From an uncultured Chloroflexia bacterium (lineage in GTDB: Bacteria > Chloroflexota > Limnocylindria > Limnocylindrales > CSP1-4), in contig CAVUJW010000009.1 in assembly GCA_963741915.1 (NCBI GenBank), forward strand, positions 61,960-125,959: a stretch of DNA of 64,000 nt, given 5' to 3'. Positions 60,701 to 64,000 of the stretch are shown here, piece by piece; position 1 is the first letter of the stretch, and each line of letters opens with the position of its first letter. Below the pieces are notes generated by a model, which saw only the letters and a list, made by a program, of their open reading frames with translations, made no database searches and was not told the DNA's origin. The translations under genes and the position numbers were made by a program.

Positions 60701-61470
60701 GCCGCGTGGACGGAAGGATCCGCGTGGACCGAGAGATCCGACCCAACACGCTCGCGGCCCCGTGGGAGCGGGCGGCCCTTCAACGGGTCGAGGCCCTGTT
60801 CCGGCGGCTCGACCGGCTGCCGGTGGCGGACCTGCTGCTGGCGACCGTCAGCCCGGCCGCAGAGCCGGTCCGGCGCACGTCCCTCGCCGGCCTCGAGGGC
60901 GCCGCGAGCCAGCACGGCCGCGGCGGGCTCCTGGACGAGGCTCGGAGCGCCGTCCGGGACCGCATCCTGGCCCGGATCGCCGCGATCTACCCCATCGACG
61001 GCGGGACCGGCGTGCCCAGCCTTCGGTCGCGCGCCGAGGACGAGGCGCGCCTGGTGCTCGCGCTCCAGGACGCGGTCGCGGTCGCGATTGCCCAGGACCT
61101 CATCGATGCCGAGGACGCCGATCTGCTCGCCGGACCGGCCAGGCGCCTGCTCGGCATCCGTCCCGGACCCGTCCGCGAACGCGGCGCGGCCGACGGACAG
61201 CCGGACGAGCCCGCACCCGGGACGGCCTGGATGCCCAGCGAGCAGGACTGGGAGGCGGCCGCGACCGGTCGCGAGGCGGCCGTCCGCGATGCTCCGCTGC
61301 CCGGGGTCGTCGGCATGCGCGTGGGGTTCTTCGCGCTCGTGGCGCTGATCGGCGCGCCGGCGGCGCTGGGTGCCGGCATCGCGGCCGGCCAGCCCCTGCT
61401 GGCCGTCCTGGTGGCGGCGGCCGTGATCGCCCTGTGCTGGACCTTCGCGACCTACCGGTCGTCCCGCTAG
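60697..61470 (+). CDS. Hypothetical protein with C-terminal TM anchor (paralog of upstream gene)
   Basis: Same architecture and weakly similar soluble domain. GTG start overlaps the upstream stop. Confidence 0.4.
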   Translation: MSRVDGRIRVDREIRPNTLAAPWERAALQRVEALFRRLDRLPVADLLLATVSPAAEPVRRTSLAGLEGAASQHGRGGLLDEARSAVRDRILARIAAIYPIDGGTGVPSLRSRAEDEARLVLALQDAVAVAIAQDLIDAEDADLLAGPARRLLGIRPGPVRERGAADGQPDEPAPGTAWMPSEQDWEAAATGREAAVRDAPLPGVVGMRVGFFALVALIGAPAALGAGIAAGQPLLAVLVAAAVIALCWTFATYRSSR

Positions 61471-61510
61471 CGTGTCCGGCGGCCACGGCGCGAGGGGCTC
61501 GCTCCACCGG

Positions 61511-61714
61511 TCACCGGTCGAGGACCCGGTCGGCCTTGCGATCGATCTTCCGCTCGTCGGCCTTGGACAGGTTGCCCTTGTCCACCTGCTGCGAGGCGCG
61601 CGCCTTGGCATTCCGGGCGTGCGATTTGTCGGGCATCGGGTACTTGCGCTCCTCGGGCAGCCCGAACTGGGACGGCTTGAGGTTGTCGCGCTTCTTCTCG
61701 CTCAGGGTGCCCAT
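61511..61714 (-). CDS. Small basic hypothetical protein
   Basis: MGTLSEKKRDNLKPSQFGLPEERKYPMPDKSHARNAKARASQQVDKGNLSKADERKIDRKADRVLDR, 67 aa, lysine-rich. Confidence 0.35.
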   Translation of the reverse strand: MGTLSEKKRDNLKPSQFGLPEERKYPMPDKSHARNAKARASQQVDKGNLSKADERKIDRKADRVLDR

Positions 61715-61864
61715 CGACGGTCCTCCATGCGCGACCGGCTCGGCTGGCCGGTCCGGTTCGAGGCCCACCCTGGGGGCGGGCGACGAGCAGCCGCGCGCCA
61801 CGGACCACGCCATTGGGTTGCGTCCGCCTCGCACCCGGGCCCGACCGCCACCCGGCTCTGACCG

Positions 61865-62704
61865 CTACCCGCGCGCTCGCAGCCGGCGCAGGATCTCCTG
61901 GTGCAGCCGCCCGTTCGAGCCCACGAACGAGGCCGCGTCGATCCGCCGCTCGCCGTCCACGTCGGTGACCATCCCCCCGGCCTCCTCGATCAGCACCTGC
62001 GGCGCGGCCAGGTCCCAGCTGTGCATGCCGGTCTCGAGCATCGCCTCCGCCGCGCCCTCGGCGACCAGCGCGTAGCCCCAGAAGTCGCCGAACCCGCGCT
62101 CCCGCCAGGAGGCCGCGATCAGGGCGTCGAAGCCGGGCATCAGGCCGCTCTCCACGTTGTCCCGGCCGCTGCCGTAGACCAGCTGCGCATCCTCGATCGC
62201 GGCCACCCGCGACACGGCGATCCGGCGCTCCCCGTCCGGCCCCCGGTTCCACGCCCCGCCGCCGCGATAGGCGTACCAGCGCTCGCGCATCGCGGGCGCC
62301 GAGATGACGCCGACCTGGAGCTCGCCCTCGTGCTCCACGGCGAGCAGCGTCCCGAACAGGGGGACGCCGCGGATGAAGTTGTGGGTGCCGTCGATGGGGT
62401 CGATGAACCAGCGAGTGGCCGCGGCGCCCGCCGACGTGCCGTACTCCTCCCCCACCAGGCCGTGACCCGGGTACCGGGTCTCGATCCGGCCGCGGATCTC
62501 GCGCTCGATCGCCTGGTCCGCGACGGTCACGAAGGAGCGGTCGGGCTTGCGCTCCAGGACGAGGTCCCGCCGGAAGTGGGCGAGCGCGATGCCGTCGGCC
62601 ACGTCGCACGCCGCGAGCGCGAAGTCGAGCCACTCGCGCAACGTGGCCACGGCCGTGCGGGCGTGCGCCGCCGACCACTCCGGCCCGAACGGCGGGAGGC
62701 TCAT
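61865..62704 (-). CDS. Inositol monophosphatase family protein (SuhB / histidinol-phosphatase HisN-like)
   Basis: Intact. DPIDGT, WDLAAP and IMPase motifs. Confidence 0.85.
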   Translation of the reverse strand: MSLPPFGPEWSAAHARTAVATLREWLDFALAACDVADGIALAHFRRDLVLERKPDRSFVTVADQAIEREIRGRIETRYPGHGLVGEEYGTSAGAAATRWFIDPIDGTHNFIRGVPLFGTLLAVEHEGELQVGVISAPAMRERWYAYRGGGAWNRGPDGERRIAVSRVAAIEDAQLVYGSGRDNVESGLMPGFDALIAASWRERGFGDFWGYALVAEGAAEAMLETGMHSWDLAAPQVLIEEAGGMVTDVDGERRIDAASFVGSNGRLHQEILRRLRARG

Positions 62705-64000
62705 GAGCGGATCCGCGAGCCGCTGGGATCGTACAGCGGGTCCCTGACTGCCTCGAACCCGACCCACGCGTCGAACACGTCGATCTCGCCCCTTGTGCCG
62801 ACCCCGGCGTCGGGGGGCAGGTACGCGTAGGCGATGCTCCGGCCCACGGTGAACCCGTAGCCGCCCGAGGTGACGCGGCCCACGATCCGGCCGTCGATCC
62901 GCACGGGCTCGTTGCCCAGGCACACCGACCGCGGGTCGTCCAGCACCAGGCAGCGCAGGCGCCTCCGGGGCCCCGCCTCGCGCGCCCGGACCAGCGCCTC
63001 GCGACCCAGGAAGTCGCCCGGCTTGTCCAGTCGAACGGCGAAGCCGAGCCCGGCCTCGTAGGGCGTCTCCTCGGGCGTGATGTCGGCGGCCCAGGCGCGG
63101 TAGCCCTTCTCGAGCCGGAGCGCGTCGATCGCCCGGTAGCCGCCCGCCACCAGGCCGTGGGGGCGACCGGCCTCCCACACCGTGTCCCACAGCGCGCCGC
63201 CGTACTCCGCGGGCGCGTACAGCTCCCAGCCCAGCTCGCCGACGTAGGTCACCCGGACGGCGAGCAGCGGCACCGGACCGATCGTGACCTCGCGGGCGGT
63301 GAGGTACGGGAACGCGGCATCGCCCAGGTCATCGGTCGTGGTCGAGGCGAGGATGTCGCGGGCGCGCGGGCCCCACAGCCCGAACGCGACGCGTGACGAG
63401 GTGACGTCGCTCACCCGGACCGAGCCGTCGGACGGCGCATGGCGGGCGATCCAGGCGAGGTCGTGGTTGCCGAACGCGGTCCCGGTGACCAGCAGGAACC
63501 GATCGGCGGCCACCCGGGTCACCGTCAGGTCGCATTCGATGCCGCCCCGCCGGTTGAGCAGCTGCGTGTACACGACCGAGCCAGTCTCGCGGTCGACGTC
63601 GTTGGCGCACAGCCGCTGGAGCAGCGCGGCCGCTGCCGGGCCGGCGACCTCGATCTTGGCGAACGAGGTCTCGTCGAACAGCGCGGCGCCGTTGCGGGTC
63701 GCGAGCGCCTCGGCGCCGATCGCCGGGCTCCAGTGCTCGCCGGCCCAGCCGCGCGGTCGGAGCGCCTCCAGGGCCGCCGGGTCGGCGACGCCGGCGCCGG
63801 CGGCGTTGGGCTCGAACCAGTTGGGCCGCTCCCAGGACGACTTCTCGCCGAACGCCGCGCCCAGCGCGCGCAGCCGCTCGTACGCGGGCGAGACCCGCAG
63901 GGGCCGGCCGGCCTGGCGCTCCTCGTTGGGATAGTGGATGTCGTAGTAGGTGGCGTAGTTCTCGTACGACCGGGCGAGCGTGTACGCCCGGCTGCGGTAC
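62701..64000 (-). CDS. GcvT-family aminomethyltransferase-domain protein (dimethylglycine/sarcosine oxidase-type), 5' end truncated at window edge, frameshift near 63573
   Basis: C-terminal GcvT domain (GGIECDLTVTR, EAGLGFAVRLDKPGDFLGREAL, VTSGGYGFTVGRSIAYAY). The upstream portion continues in another frame to the window end. Confidence 0.65.
   Translation of the reverse strand, partial: YRSRAYTLARSYENYATYYDIHYPNEERQAGRPLRVSPAYERLRALGAAFGEKSSWERPNWFEPNAAGAGVADPAALEALRPRGWAGEHWSPAIGAEALATRNGAALFDETSFAKIEVAGPAAAALLQRLCANDVDRETGSVVYTQLLNRRGGIECDLTVTRVAADRFLLVTGTAFGNHDLAWIARHAPSDGSVRVSDVTSSRVAFGLWGPRARDILASTTTDDLGDAAFPYLTAREVTIGPVPLLAVRVTYVGELGWELYAPAEYGGALWDTVWEAGRPHGLVAGGYRAIDALRLEKGYRAWAADITPEETPYEAGLGFAVRLDKPGDFLGREALVRAREAGPRRRLRCLVLDDPRSVCLGNEPVRIDGRIVGRVTSGGYGFTVGRSIAYAYLPPDAGVGTRGEIDVFDAWVGFEAVRDPLYDPSGSRIRS

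Overview
This is a very high-GC (~70-72%) window that looks actinobacterial. Most of it is housekeeping or core operons. It also contains one clear accessory block at 33,027-49,162. The annotated core operons are:
- At the window start, a VapBC-like TA pair, then serC-like aminotransferase, serA and a histidine phosphatase.
- A MoxR-DUF58-transglutaminase (TgpA) operon directly downstream of a pbpA-rodA-fhaB-fhaA cell-wall cluster.
- YihY, an FmdB zinc-ribbon/HTH pair, valS and a SAM methyltransferase.
- A contiguous qcrCAB-ctaCD-ctaF respiratory operon.
- clpX-clpP-tig.
- On the far side of the island, cinA, crp, apbC and potADBC with a class-III aminotransferase, then inositol monophosphatase and a GcvT-family gene truncated at the window edge.

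The accessory block is about 16.1 kb and has patchy lower GC (55-62% in places). An intact tRNA-Leu(TAG) at 49,163-49,250 bounds it on the right. A perfect 41-bp direct repeat of that tRNA's 5' half at 32,986-33,026 bounds it on the left. Inside the block are:
- a frameshifted tyrosine integrase next to the tRNA, and a second integrase fragment;
- two diverged inverted IstB (IS21) remnants;
- two paralogous degraded replication-relaxation-family modules;
- a DUF4262 gene;
- a small secreted protein followed by a giant FtsX-like permease and an ABC ATPase;
- an M15 (SxHxxGxAxD) peptidase and a low-GC hypothetical;
- four copies of a palindromic BglII-core motif.

I interpret the block as a decayed, mosaic integrative element or island. 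The most notable feature is that the duplicated tRNA segment is the 5' half rather than the usual 3' half.

Many otherwise conserved genes are split across reading frames, including serA, valS, tig, clpP, pbpA, rodA and potABCD. This points to indel sequencing errors rather than real pseudogenes. Coordinates of frameshifted genes are therefore approximate.

Tandem-repeat arrays (a 29-bp unit and a roughly 16-bp unit) flank an XRE-family regulator gene next to clpX.
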